40,437 bases of DNA from Callorhinchus milii (GCF_018977255.1 NW_024705487.1:1-40437); one strand, 5' to 3'; numbered from the stretch's first letter, positions 13,379 through 23,976 are shown. Translations and numbers: made by a program. The notes: a model not told the origin generated them from the sequence alone.

Positions 13379-14794
13379 GTTCCTGCGTGACTTCCACCAC
13401 CACTAACACCACCACCACAACCACTACCACCACAACCACCACCACAACCATCACCACAACCACAACCACCACCACTAACACCACCACAACCACCACAACC
13501 ACCACTACCACAACCACCACCACAACACCCCACAACCACCACCACCACTAACACCACAACCACCACCACAACTACTATCACAACCACCACTACAACCACC
13601 ACCACAACCACCACCACTAACACTACCACCACCACACACCACCACACACCACCACACACAACCACCACCACCACCACCACAACCACCACACCACCACCAC
13701 ACCACACACACCACCACCACCAAACCACCACCACACCACACACCACCACCACCACCACACAACCACCACCACACCACACACCACCACAACCACACCACCA
13801 CAACCACCACACCACCACCACCACCACACCACCACCACAACCACCACCACAACCACCACTACCACCACAACCACCACCACCACCACACCACCACACACCA
13901 CCACACACCACAACCACCACCACAACCACCACCACAACCACCACCACAACCACCACCACAACCACCACCACCACAACCACCACCACAACCACCACCACCA
14001 CAACCACCACCACCACAACCACCACAACCACACAACCACCACAACCACCACCACCACAACCACAACCACCAACAACCACCACCACAACCACCACCACACC
14101 ACCACAACCACCACCACCACCACAACCACCACAACACCACCACCACAACCACCACAACCACCACAACCACCACCACCACAACCACCACAACCACCACACC
14201 ACCACAACCACCACCACAACCACAACAACCACCACCACACCACCACCACAACCACCACCACAACCACCACAACCACCACCAACAACAACAAACACCACCA
14301 CAACCACCACTAACACCACAACCACCACAACCACCACCACCACACCACCACCACAACCACCACCACACCACCACCACAACCACTACCACAACCACCACCA
14401 CCACAACACCACCACCACAACCACCACCACCACAACAACCACTACCACCACCACTACCACCACCACAATAACTACCACAACCACAACAACCACCACAACC
14501 ACCACTAAAACTACCACAACCACAACAACCACCACAACCACCACTAACACTACCACAACCACCACTACCACCACAGCACCACTACCACCACAACCACCAC
14601 TACCACTACAACCACCACTACCACTACAGCCCCACTACCACCACTACCACCACAACCACCATAACCACCACTAACACCACTACCACCACAACCACCACAA
14701 CCATAACCAACACACTCACCACAACCACAACAACAACCACCACCGGCTGGGTTACTCCACACGGCCAGAGAAGATCCTCTCAATCGCATGGAGG
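13379..14794 (+). pseudogene. Exon copy 1 (FLRDFHH...HRLGYSTRPEKILSIAWR) split by ~1.35 kb of (CAC/CAA)n
   Basis: Acceptor ctgcccag|G at 13377-13379; TTC CTG CGT GAC TTC CAC runs into the repeat; CAC CGG CTG GGT TAC ... TGG AGG|GTGGGT at 14741-14800. Confidence 0.5.
13395..14743. repeat. (CCA/CAA/CTA)n trinucleotide tract
   Basis: Direct reading. Confidence 0.95.
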
Positions 14795-15390
14795 GTGGGT
14801 TGTGGTGGTTGTGTGGTGGTGGATGTGGTCAAAGTGGTGGTGGTTGTAGTGGGGTTGTGGTGGTTGTGGCGGTGGTGATGATTGTGGTGGTGGTGGTTGA
14901 TTTGGTTATGGTGGTGGTTGTGGTTGTGATGATGGTGGTTGGGGGTGGTAGTTGTGGTCTTAGTGTTGGTGGTTGTGGTGAAGGAGTGGGCGAGTGGGTG
15001 GGTGAGTGGGTGAGTGAGCGAGCGGGTGAGTAAGTGAGTGGGTAATTGAGTGGGTGGGTGAGTGAGCGAGCGGTGGGTAAGTGAGTGGGTGAGTGAGTGG
15101 GTGATTGAGTGGGTGAGTGAGTGGGTGAGTGAGTGGGTCAGCGAGTGAGTGAGTGGGTTAGTGAGTGAGTGGGTGAGTGGATGAGTGTGTGAGCGAGCGG
15201 GTGAGTGGGTGAGCGAGTGAGTGGGTGAGTGTGTGAGTGGATGAGTGTGTGAGCGAGCGGGTGAGTGTGTGAGTGAGTGTGTGTGTGAGTGGGTGAGTGA
15301 GCGAGCAGGTGAGTGAGTGCGTGAGTTAGCGAGCGAGCGAGTGGGTGAGCGAGTGAGTGGGTGAGCGGGTGAGCGAGTGAGTGTGTGTGC
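14795..15390. repeat. (GGT/GTT)n followed by (GAGT/GGGT)n; part of a tandemly duplicated unit
   Basis: Near-identical block recurs at 15615-16255 (e.g. gatgtggtcaaagtggtgg in both). Confidence 0.9.
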
Positions 15391-15400
15391 GTCTGCCCAG

Positions 15401-15614
15401 GTGCCTGCGTGACTTCCACCACCACAACCACCACCACCACAACCACTACCACCACTACCACCACTACCACCACAACCACCATAACCACCACTAACACCAC
15501 TACCACCACAACCACCACAACCACAACCATAACCACCACACTCACCACAACAACAACCACCACCGGTTGGGATACTCCACACGGCCAGAGAAGATCCTCT
15601 CAATCGCATGGAGG
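15401..15614 (+). pseudogene. Exon copy 2 (CLRDFH...HRLGYSTRPEKILSIAWR) split by ~141 bp of (CAC)n
   Basis: Same acceptor and donor as copy 1; insert keeps frame but contains TAA at 15492-15494. Confidence 0.5.
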
Positions 15615-16255
15615 GTGGGTGGTGGTGGTTGTGGTGGTGGATGTGGTCAAAGTGGTGGTGGTTGTAGTGGGGGTTGTGGTGGTTGTGGCAGTGGTGATGA
15701 TTGTGGTGGTGGTGGTGGTTGATTTGGTTATGGTGGTGGTTGTGGTTGTGATGATGGTGGTTGGGGTGGCAGTTGTGGTCTTAGTGTTGGTGGTTGTGGT
15801 GAGGGAGTGGGCGAGTGGCTGGGTGAGTGGGCGGGTGAGTGAGTGGGTGAGTGAGTGGGTGGATGGGTGAGTGGGTGAGTGAGTGGCTAGATGAGTGAGT
15901 GGGTGAGTGGGTGAGTAAGTGAGTGGGCGAGTGAGCGAGCGGGTGAGCGAGCGGGTGGGTAAGTGAGTGGATGAGTGAGAGAGCGGGTGGGTGAGTGGGT
16001 GAGTGAGCGAGTGGGTGAATGAGTGGGTGAGTGGGTGAGTGAGTGTGTGAGTGGGTGAGTGGGTCAGCGAGTGTGTGAGTGAGTGTGTGAGTGAGTGAGT
16101 GAGTGGGTGAGTGAGTGGGTGAGTGAGCGAGCGGGTGAGTGAGTGGGTGAGTGAGTGAGTGTGTGAGTGAGTGAGCGAGTGTGTGAGTGAGTGTGTGAGT
16201 GAGTGGGTGAGTGAGTGTGTGAGTGAGTGAGTTTGTGAGTGAGTGAGTGAGTGAG

Positions 16256-16393
16256 CGAGTTGTGCAAGTGATCACCATCACCACCCACTCATCACCATCA
16301 CCCGGCTTTGTGCAGTTGATCACCATCACCACCATCACCACCATCACCATCATCACCATCGTCACCATCACCATCATCACCATCGCCACCAGG
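16256..16393 (+). pseudogene. Possible degenerate DMXL-family exon (RVVQVI..HSSPSPGFVQL..IATR)
   Basis: Weak resemblance to recalled DMXL2 EVFNIVSQQSTARPGCIIELDAITNQ, which directly precedes the 17510 exon; donor AGG|GTACAT is phase 0, matching the next acceptor. Confidence 0.3.
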
Positions 16394-17290
16394 GTACATC
16401 GCCATCGTCACCACCATCATCACCATCATCACCATCACCACCAGGGTACAATCACCACCATCACCACCATCATCACCATCACCATCGCCACCAGGGTACA
16501 TCGCCATTGTCACCGTCATCACCATCATCTCCATCATCACCACCATCATCACCATCATCACCATCATCACCATCATCACCATCACCACCATCATCACCAT
16601 CATCACCATCATCATCACCACCAGGGTACAATCACCATCATCACCATCATCACCATCGCCACCATCACCACCATCACCACCAGGGTACAATCACCATCGC
16701 CACCATCATCACCATCATCATCCACACCATCACCACCATCATCACCATCGCCATCATCACCACCATCATCATCATCATAGTCACCATCATCACCATCGCC
16801 ACCAGGGTACAATCACCATCATCACCATCATTGTCACCATCATCACCATCATCGTCACTATCATCGTCACTATCATCGTCACCATCATCGTCACCATCAC
16901 CATCATCACCATCACCACCATCATCACCACCATCATCACCACCATCATCACCATCATCATCACCATCACCAACATCATCACCATCATCACCACCATCGCC
17001 ACCAGGGTACAATCACCATCGTCACCATCACCACCATCATCACCATCATCACCATCATCACCACCATCGCCACCAGGATACATCGCCATCGTCACCATCA
17101 CCACCATCGCCACCATCATCACCATAGTCAACATCACCATCATCACCATCATCGTCACCAACATCACCATCATCACCATCGTCCCCATCGTCCCCATCAT
17201 CACCATCATCATCACCATCATCACCATCGTCACCATCATCACCACCATCGTCACCATCGTCACCATCGTCACCATCATCACCATCATCGT
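16320..17290. repeat. (CAT/CAC)n tract with interspersed CCAGGGTACA units
   Basis: ccagggtaca at ~16389, 16441, 16491, 16621, 16680, 16802, 17002; variant ccaggataca ~17073. Confidence 0.9.
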
Positions 17291-17292
17291 CG

Positions 17293-17509
17293 ATGTGTCT
17301 CTGTGTCTCTCCCCGTGTCTCAGCGTGTCTCTGTGTGTCTCTGTGTGTCTCTGTGTCTCTCTGTGTCTCTCTGTGTCTCTCCGTGTCTCTGTGTCTCAGC
17401 GTGTCTCCCCGTGTCTCTGTGTCTCAGCGTGTCTACCCGTGTCTCTGTGTCTCAGCGTGTCTCCCCGTGTCTCTGTGTCTCAGCGTGTCTCTGTGTCTCT
17501 GTGTCGCAG
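17293..17509. repeat. (GTGTCTCT)n / ctcagcgtgtctcccc minisatellite at an intron 3' end
   Basis: Direct reading. Confidence 0.9.
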
Positions 17510-17594
17510 CGTGTCTCCGAGGTGCAGCTGATGCACGTCTTCCAGGAGGACTTCATCCTGGGCCATCGACACCACGAACTCTCCATCTCACACG
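17510..17594 (+). CDS. DMXL2: DmX-like protein (rabconnectin-3 alpha, DMXL1/2) internal exon [28 protein letters not shown]
   Basis: Matches recalled DMXL motif [12 protein letters not shown](I/L); acceptor cgcag| at 17509; donor G|GTGATG. Paralog (DMXL1 vs DMXL2) not resolved. Confidence 0.85.
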
Positions 17595-18275
17595 GTGATG
17601 GGGCTGGTAGTGATGGTGGTGGTGATGGTGGTGGTGATGGGGGTGGTGGTGGTGATGGTGGTGGTGGTGATAGGGGTTGTCGTGATGGGGTGGTGGTGGT
17701 GATGGTGGTGGTGGTGGTGATGGTGGTGGTGGTGATAAGGGTGGTCGGGATGGGGGTGGTGGTGATGGTGATGGTGGTGATAGGGGTGGTCGTGATGGGG
17801 GTGGCGATGGTGATGATGGTGGTGGTGATAGGGGTGGTCGTGATGAGGGTGGTGGTGGTGATGGTTGTGGTGGTGATGGGGGGGTGGTGGTGGTGATGAT
17901 GGTGATGATGATGGTGGTGATGATGGTGGTGGGTGGTGGGGGTGGTGATGATGGTGGTGGTGATGGGGGTGGTGGTGGTGGTGATGATGGTGGTGATGAT
18001 GGTGGTGGGTGATGGGTGTGGTGATGGGGGTGGTGGGCTGGTAGTGATGGTGGTGATGATGATGGTGGTGATGATGGTGGTTGATGGGGGTAGTGATGGG
18101 GATGTTGGGGCTGGTGGTAATGGGGCTGGTAGTGATGGTGGTACTGATTGTCGTGATGGGGTAGTAATGGGGGTGTGATGGGCGTGGTGGTGGTGATGAT
18201 GATGGTGGTGGTGGTGGTGATGATGCTGGTGGCGTTGATGGTGGTGGTGTCGGTGATGATGGTGGTGATGATCAT
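17595..18275. repeat. (GGT/GAT)n intronic tract
   Basis: Direct reading. Confidence 0.95.
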
Positions 18276-18424
18276 AATCAACGTTTTTGGGTTTAGATCG
18301 CGTTATTTATAAATGTGTCGTAACCCTCCACCACCCGACACGGCCAATCAGTAAAAAAGTGTCACGTTGACAAAAGACAAATAGTTCACTGCTTTAGCCC
18401 ACCGGTGTGTTGAAGCCACAACAT

Positions 18425-18490
18425 TTACAATTTGAGTACGACGTTTCGCTGGTAATTGCATCCAGCATTATCGGGCGAATTGCCCGATGT
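18425..18490 (-). ncRNA. Degenerate minimal hammerhead-ribozyme-like motif (Penelope-type relic)
   Basis: Minus strand CCGATAAT-GCTGG-ATGCAATTA-CCAGC-GAAAC-GTC-GTA: stem II and GAAAC intact, core CUGANGA mutated at two positions. Confidence 0.3.
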
Positions 18491-18669
18491 GCCGATGGTG
18501 GTGGTGATGCTGGTGGTGGTGACGGCGGTGGTGGTGGTGACGGCTGTGACGTTCGTGGTGGTGACGTTGGTGACGTTGGTGACGTTGGTGGTGGTGATGT
18601 TGGTGGTGAGCTCCGTCGACCCTCGCCCCCCCCTCTACCCCCCCTCTCCCCCCCCCGTGTGGGTGTCAG

Positions 18670-19142
18670 GCCACCTCAGCTCATCGTCCATCTACCCGGT
18701 GTGCCTGGCCCCCCACCTACTACTCACCGCCTGCTCCGACGGCTCCGCAATCTTCTGGCGCTGCCCAACCTCTCCGCTCGCCCCGCGGTCGCCCAGCGGC
18801 GTCGCCCCCTCTCCCACCTCCTCCACCTCCTCGTCGTACGGCGACGGTCGCCACGACTACGACGACGGCGGGCGCCGTGACGACGACGAAGAGGAGGAGT
18901 CGGAGGATATCCACGGCGGCCACCGCTCCGTTTGGGAGCAGTGGCCCCTGGTCAGCCGCTGCGGCGACGACGAGCCGGCCGGCCCCCAGAGCAGCGGCCA
19001 CGTCCACGTGCGGGGCCTAGCGCAGGCTCTGGGCTGCTCCTACACGGGGCGGCTGGCCCTGGGCCACACCGCCGTCACGCCGGGCGTCGCCACGGGGGGG
19101 AGGAGGAGGAGGAGGAGGGGGTGGTCAGTGTGACGCTGTTTG
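18670..19142 (+). CDS. DMXL2: DMXL1/2 exon fragment (GHLSSSSIYPVCLAPHLLLTACSDG..FWRC..WEQWPL..CSYTGRLA), apparently truncated
   Basis: Strong match to recalled DMXL2 GHLSSSSIYPVCLAPYLVVTTCSD..FWKC..WKRWPL..SCSYTGRLAV; acceptor tgtcag| at 18669; frameshift in the G run ~19094-19100; similarity ends at ...VSVTLF. Confidence 0.9.
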
Positions 19143-19383
19143 TTACTGCATTAACCACACACACAACAGTACATACATGTGGGGATACCGGAAAAATGGT
19201 CGACAATTTGTTTAAGTTAACGAAACTAAATTATTAGTTTTATTTAACCCGCTAAGGGCCCCCACGCCGAGCTTGCTATGTGCAGATCTTTTTTCGGAAG
19301 TGGCCCCGCAAATGTTTGGTACCAGTTGAAAGGGTAAAAACCTATTACTATATTTTTCCACTGGTAAAGGAGGTCTCGTAGTG

Positions 19384-19547
19384 TAATCTCCATCTGTTCC
19401 ATCTCACTCCCTTCTACCCCGTGTGTGGACTAATCTCCATCTGTTCCATCTCACTCCCTTCTACCCCGTGTGTGGACTAATCCCCATCTGTTCCATCTCA
19501 CTCCCTTCTACACCGTGTGTGGACTAATTTCCATCTGTTCCATCTCA
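19384..19547. repeat. 47-bp tandem repeat, ~3.5 copies
   Basis: taatctccatctgttccatctcactcccttctaccccgtgtgtggac at 19384, 19431, 19478, 19525 (last partial). Confidence 0.95.
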
Positions 19548-20142
19548 TCATCATCATATTGATCTTAATTCAGCAGTGGATAGATCACGGTGACAATGAT
19601 TACGCTGAGAGACAGAGTGTGCTAGGAGCAGGCCGTGAGGGGTGAGTTGACGAGTTGACTGAGCCGGTTAACTTCCCTTTGCGGTTCAGCGGTCAATCGG
19701 GGCGCCTTGCCACAAAGTGGATTTTGTTACACAACTTGCCTCCTACTCCTCCTCATCTCTCTCCGACACCCAACATCTCTCTCCCCTCTCTCTTTCTCTC
19801 CCTCCCCTCTCCCCCTCCACTCTCTCTCTCCCCTTTTTTTTCTTTCAATGCTTTGCTTTATGTGCCCCCCCCCCTGTTTAAATGAAAGATTTCACGAAAT
19901 ATTTCACGCTCCGTTCTCCTCCTTCTTACCCCTTCCCCCTCTCTCTCTACCCCCCCCCTCTCCTCCCACTCTCCCCTCATCTCTCTCCCCTCCCCTCTCT
20001 CTCCCCATCCTCCCTCTCCGCTCTTCTTTCTTTTTGCTACGATCAGAGGAGCTCCCCTCCCCGACTCTCTGTGCCGTACATTCCGTTGCGGCGTCGCCTG
20101 GACGTGTCCCGTTGCTCCCCTCCGCACATTCCGACCCAGACC

Positions 20143-20330
20143 GCACACACGCACACACACGCACACACACACGCACACACACACGCGCACACACACGCAC
20201 ACACACGCGCGCACACGCACGCACACGCGCACACACACACGCACACACGCACACACACAGGTACACACACACACAGGTACACACACACACAGGTACACAC
20301 ACACACAGGTACACACAACAACAACAACCG
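20143..20330. repeat. (CA)n / (CAA)n microsatellite at the 3' end of the RTE element
   Basis: Direct reading; lies just after the RTE stop codon on the minus strand. Confidence 0.9.
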
Positions 20331-20340
20331 CCATTCGCCA

Positions 20341-20899
20341 CTAAGTGGCGGTGACGTCACCACGACGCTTGTGCCAGGCCAAGTGCACCTTGAGGCCACG
20401 TGAAGTGTCGAACGCCCGCTGGCAGGAGGTCACGGGGCAGACCCAGCAGGTGCCACGGGTCGACTGACCGAGATGACCGAGATGACTGGCTGATGCACCA
20501 CCTGTGCCCCCTACTGTACCAACTTGCTGTGCTTTAGCCACCCGGCGCTCCGCTCGTTGTTGTGAGCGTCGCTCCTCCGCCCTCCGTTGTTGTTGGAGGG
20601 CGACTGCCTCCAACTGCCCAGTAGCGTCCTTCACGAGCCTCCTCCACTGAGGCCGATCTTGACACCGCTGGTACCAGTCATCGGCAAGTCCACTCAGCTC
20701 CACGTCCTCCTGTACCACATCACTCCATCTCTTCTCTAGCCCGTGTCGCGCCCGTTTAGCCCCCTCGATCCGGCCGAACAAAAGCTGTTTAAGCATGCGG
20801 TGGCTGGGCATGCGAGCTACATGACCCAGCCAACGCAGCCTTGCCTGCCGGAGGAGCTCACCGATGGGACTTTGCCCAGATCTTTCAAGGATTTGTGAG
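20341..20899 (-). mobile_element. RTE-clade LINE, 5'-truncated ORF C-terminus with C2H2-like finger
   Basis: ELLRQARLRWLGHVARM..RMLKQLLFG..KRWSDVVQEDV..W..CQDRPQWRRLV..CPVTSCQRAF..GLKVHLAWH. Confidence 0.88.
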
Positions 20900-21962
20900 C
20901 CTCACACAATCCAGCCTGGTTAAACCCAGGATGGATCGTAGGCAGGCCAGCCTAAATGTTTCCAATAAGTGGCGGCAGGAGTGCGAATGGTTAGGGATCT
21001 TGTGAGGAGCCAGGAAGGCCGCTCCAAATGGAAGAACGCGGCTGAGGTGAGCGGCGCCGCTGGGCTCCGCTCCATGATGGCCGGAGAAAAGTTTTTGCGA
21101 GAGGCGATCGCAGCGATGCGGAAGCTGCGTTTGCAGCTAGAAACGCCAGGAGACAGCGGCGCCGCACGGCCGCCGCCCTCCTCCCCCCCCTCCCCTCCCC
21201 CCGCTTTCCAGGAGTTGCGCGTCTCCTGCATCCAGCCCCCCGGGCGCTGTGAGGCAGGGAGGTTGCTCAAGATCGCAAACTGCAGAGACGTGGCCCTCAA
21301 GGGCGCCTCCAAGCGGGTGCTGTACGACTGCTGCGTCAAAACATTGCGGTGTCGAGAGCTGGAAAACCTACCGGACACGAAGTGGAGAGAGTTCTTCTCT
21401 CCCTTGATCGACACCACCCCCCAGTGGAAACAGCTCTACAAGGCCCCCGTTGCAAAGCGCAGCGGGGACCTCCAGTGGAGGCTGGCGCACTGGACGCTAC
21501 CCTCGGCGGCGTGGATCAGCAAGGTCACCCCGGGGCGTCAGACCTGTGCGTGTTCTGTGGCGCGAGGAGGACCTCGCCCACCAGTACGTGGGGTGCTCGC
21601 GGCTGGACCCGCTGTTCAGACTCCTGGGAGCCGTTTTTAAGAAATTGGGGGTGCCCTTCTACAAGAGCGTTTTTATATGCGGGGTACCGTACCGGGCGGA
21701 CAAGCGCCACAGCCTGGCAAACTTTGTCTGCGCGCAAGCCAAGATGGCGGTGTACAAAACGCGAAAAAAGAAGCTGCAAGGTGACACGGACGACGGTTGT
21801 TCAGCGGAGGCAACGCTGAAAGGTCTGCTGAAAGTGAGGCTCCGGCTGGAGCACGCGTACTTTTCCCAGGTTGGAGATGCGCACGCCGTGTTCAAGGAGC
21901 GGTGGGGGGCCGGTCAGGCCCTCTGCATCAACACGAATGGTGAACTGACCTTCACTTTTTAA
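20900..21962 (+). mobile_element. Tx1/L1-clade LINE ORF2 C-terminal fragment, frameshifted
   Basis: PQWKQLYKAPVAKRSGDLQWRLAH, CVFCG..EDLAH..GCSRLDPLF, NFVCAQAKMAVYKTRK, FKERW; frameshifts near 21530-21570. Confidence 0.88.
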
Positions 21963-22016
21963 TGATCGAGTCGAAACGGGCGTTAGACACAGCGACGCGG
22001 GCAGAACGTATGCGGC

Positions 22017-22350
22017 GGTGCAGCGCGCGTGGTGGAGCGGAGCGCCTGGCGGTGCGGCACATGTGCTGAGGTGTGGCGCACGTGGCGGACCCACAATGTG
22101 CGCACGTGCGCGGCGGTGTGGCGCACGTGCCGCGGTGTGGCGCAGGGCGTTGTGGCACGTGTACCTGCGGCGTGACGTGCGCGTCGCAGCATGGTGCGCA
22201 TGATGGTGTGGTGCACGCGGTGGTGTGACATGCGTGTCACGGGAATCTCGCGGGGCGGTGGTGCGCGCGCAGCGGTGTGGCACACATGACGCGGAGGAAT
22301 GTGCACGTGGCGGTGTGGCTCGCGCGGTGGCGTGGCGCACGGGCCGCGTT
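22017..22350. repeat. Degenerate GC-rich repeat (gcggtgtggcgcacgt-like)
   Basis: Recurrent gtggcgcacgtg / gcggcggtgtgg words. Confidence 0.7.
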
Positions 22351-22626
22351 GTCTAGTGGTGGTGATGTTACCGATGACTGTGACCTCGAACCATCAGGAG
22401 AGGAAGTGTGGAATAAGCGAGGGGGCCCTGCCAAGAAAAGAGGTGCCAAAGCTCAAAATGACACAGCGCGTCGGATGCTGTTGCGCGGCCGGTGCGTGGG
22501 GATTGTGGTGGCGTTGCGCGTCGCGGGGCGGCGGTGGGATGGTGAGCTGTGCTTTTTGGTTTCGCCATAAAGGCTTGAATATTGCAAAATTTCAGGGCAA
22601 TTTGCCGCTGGTGAATAAACTTATAT

Positions 22627-22787
22627 AAAGTCTCTACTCCTCCGTTGGATCCAGCTAACTGGCCAACAGTCATTAATGACAAAGTACGCATTGATCTGGT
22701 TAGCAGAGGACCAGCACATGTTGACCACCACTTCACATTTCCAAAAAGACCATCAGACAATAGGAGATTTCACTATCATTTCATGGT
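22627..22787 (+). mobile_element. hAT (ZMYM1/Tip100-like) transposase N-terminal fragment
   Basis: Frame not in the ORF track: PPLDPANWPTVINDKVRIDLVSRGPAHVDHHFTFPKRPSDNRRFHY, matching the DP..WP..R..LV..GP..FP..RRF signature. Confidence 0.7.
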
Positions 22788-22855
22788 GAGTGATGGTGGT
22801 GAGTGATAGTGTTGAGTGATGGTGGTGGTGGTGAGGGTGGTGGTGGTGGTGAGTG

Positions 22856-23830
22856 ATCTCATAGCCACCGTGATGATGATGAGAGAGATCGATCCACGAC
22901 CTCCTGTAGACCAGGCGAGGTAGTCAACATCTCATAGCCACCGTGATGATGAGAGAGAGATCGAACCCATGACCTCCTGTAGACCAGGCGAGGTGGTCAA
23001 CATCTCAGCCACCGTGATGATGATGAGAGATCGAACCCACGACCTCCTGTAGACCAGGCGAGGTAGTCAACATCTCATAGCCACCGTGATGATGATGAGA
23101 GAGATCGAACCCACGACCTCCTGTAGACCAGGCGAGGTGGTCAACATCTCATAGCCACCGTGATGATGATGAGAGAGATCGAACCCATGACCTCCTGTAG
23201 ACCAGGCGAGGTAGTCAACATCTCATAGCCACTGTGATGATGATGAGAGAGATCGAACCCACGACCTCCTGTAGACCAGGCGAGGTGGTCAACATCTCAT
23301 AGCCACCGTGATGATGATGAGAGAGATCGAACCCACGACCTCCTGTAGACCAGGCGAGGTAGTCAACATCTCATAGCCACCGTGATGATGATGAGAGAGA
23401 TCGAACCCACGACCTCCTGTAGACCAGGCGAGGTGGTCAACATCTCATAGCCACCGTGATGATGATGAGAGAGAGATCGAACCCACGACCTCCTGTAGAC
23501 CAGGCGAGGTGGTCAACATCTCATAGCCACCGTGATGATGATGAGAAAGATCGAACCCACGACCTCCTGTAGACCAGGCGAGGTGGTCAACATCTCATAG
23601 CCACCGTGATGATGATGAGAGAGATCGAACCCACGACCTCCTGTAGACCAGGCGAGGTGGTCAACATCTCATAGCCACCGTGATGATGAGAGAGATCGAA
23701 CCCACGACCTCCTGTAGACCAGGCGAGGTGGTCAACATCTCATAGCCACCGTGATGATGAGAGAGATCGAACCCACGACCTCCTGTATACCAGGCGAGGT
23801 GGTCAACATCTCATAGCCACACGGAGCCAT
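22856..23830 (-). repeat. Tandem array of ~74-bp tRNA-derived SINE heads (13 full units plus a partial one)
   Basis: Minus-strand unit TGGCTATGAGATG (A-box-like) ... GAGGTCGTGGGTTCGATCTC (T-arm / B box); 5' start GGCTCCGTGTGGC at ~23830. Confidence 0.8.
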
Positions 23831-23976
23831 CGGAACGGATAATTTAATCGATGATAATCGATCATCAGAGAGAGGGAGACACGCAAAACGATTATTATAA
23901 TCGATGGGAATCGATTAGCAGAGAGACGCGCAAACCAACGATTAGAATCGAAGAAAATCGAACAAACGATTCCCGG

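Noticed and set aside
20047..20110. Possible exon [19 protein letters not shown] after a polypyrimidine tract
   Set aside because: No convincing donor or recognisable homology.
22856..23830. CRISPR array or functional tRNA gene cluster
   Set aside because: No unique spacers; units lack a complete acceptor stem and terminator.
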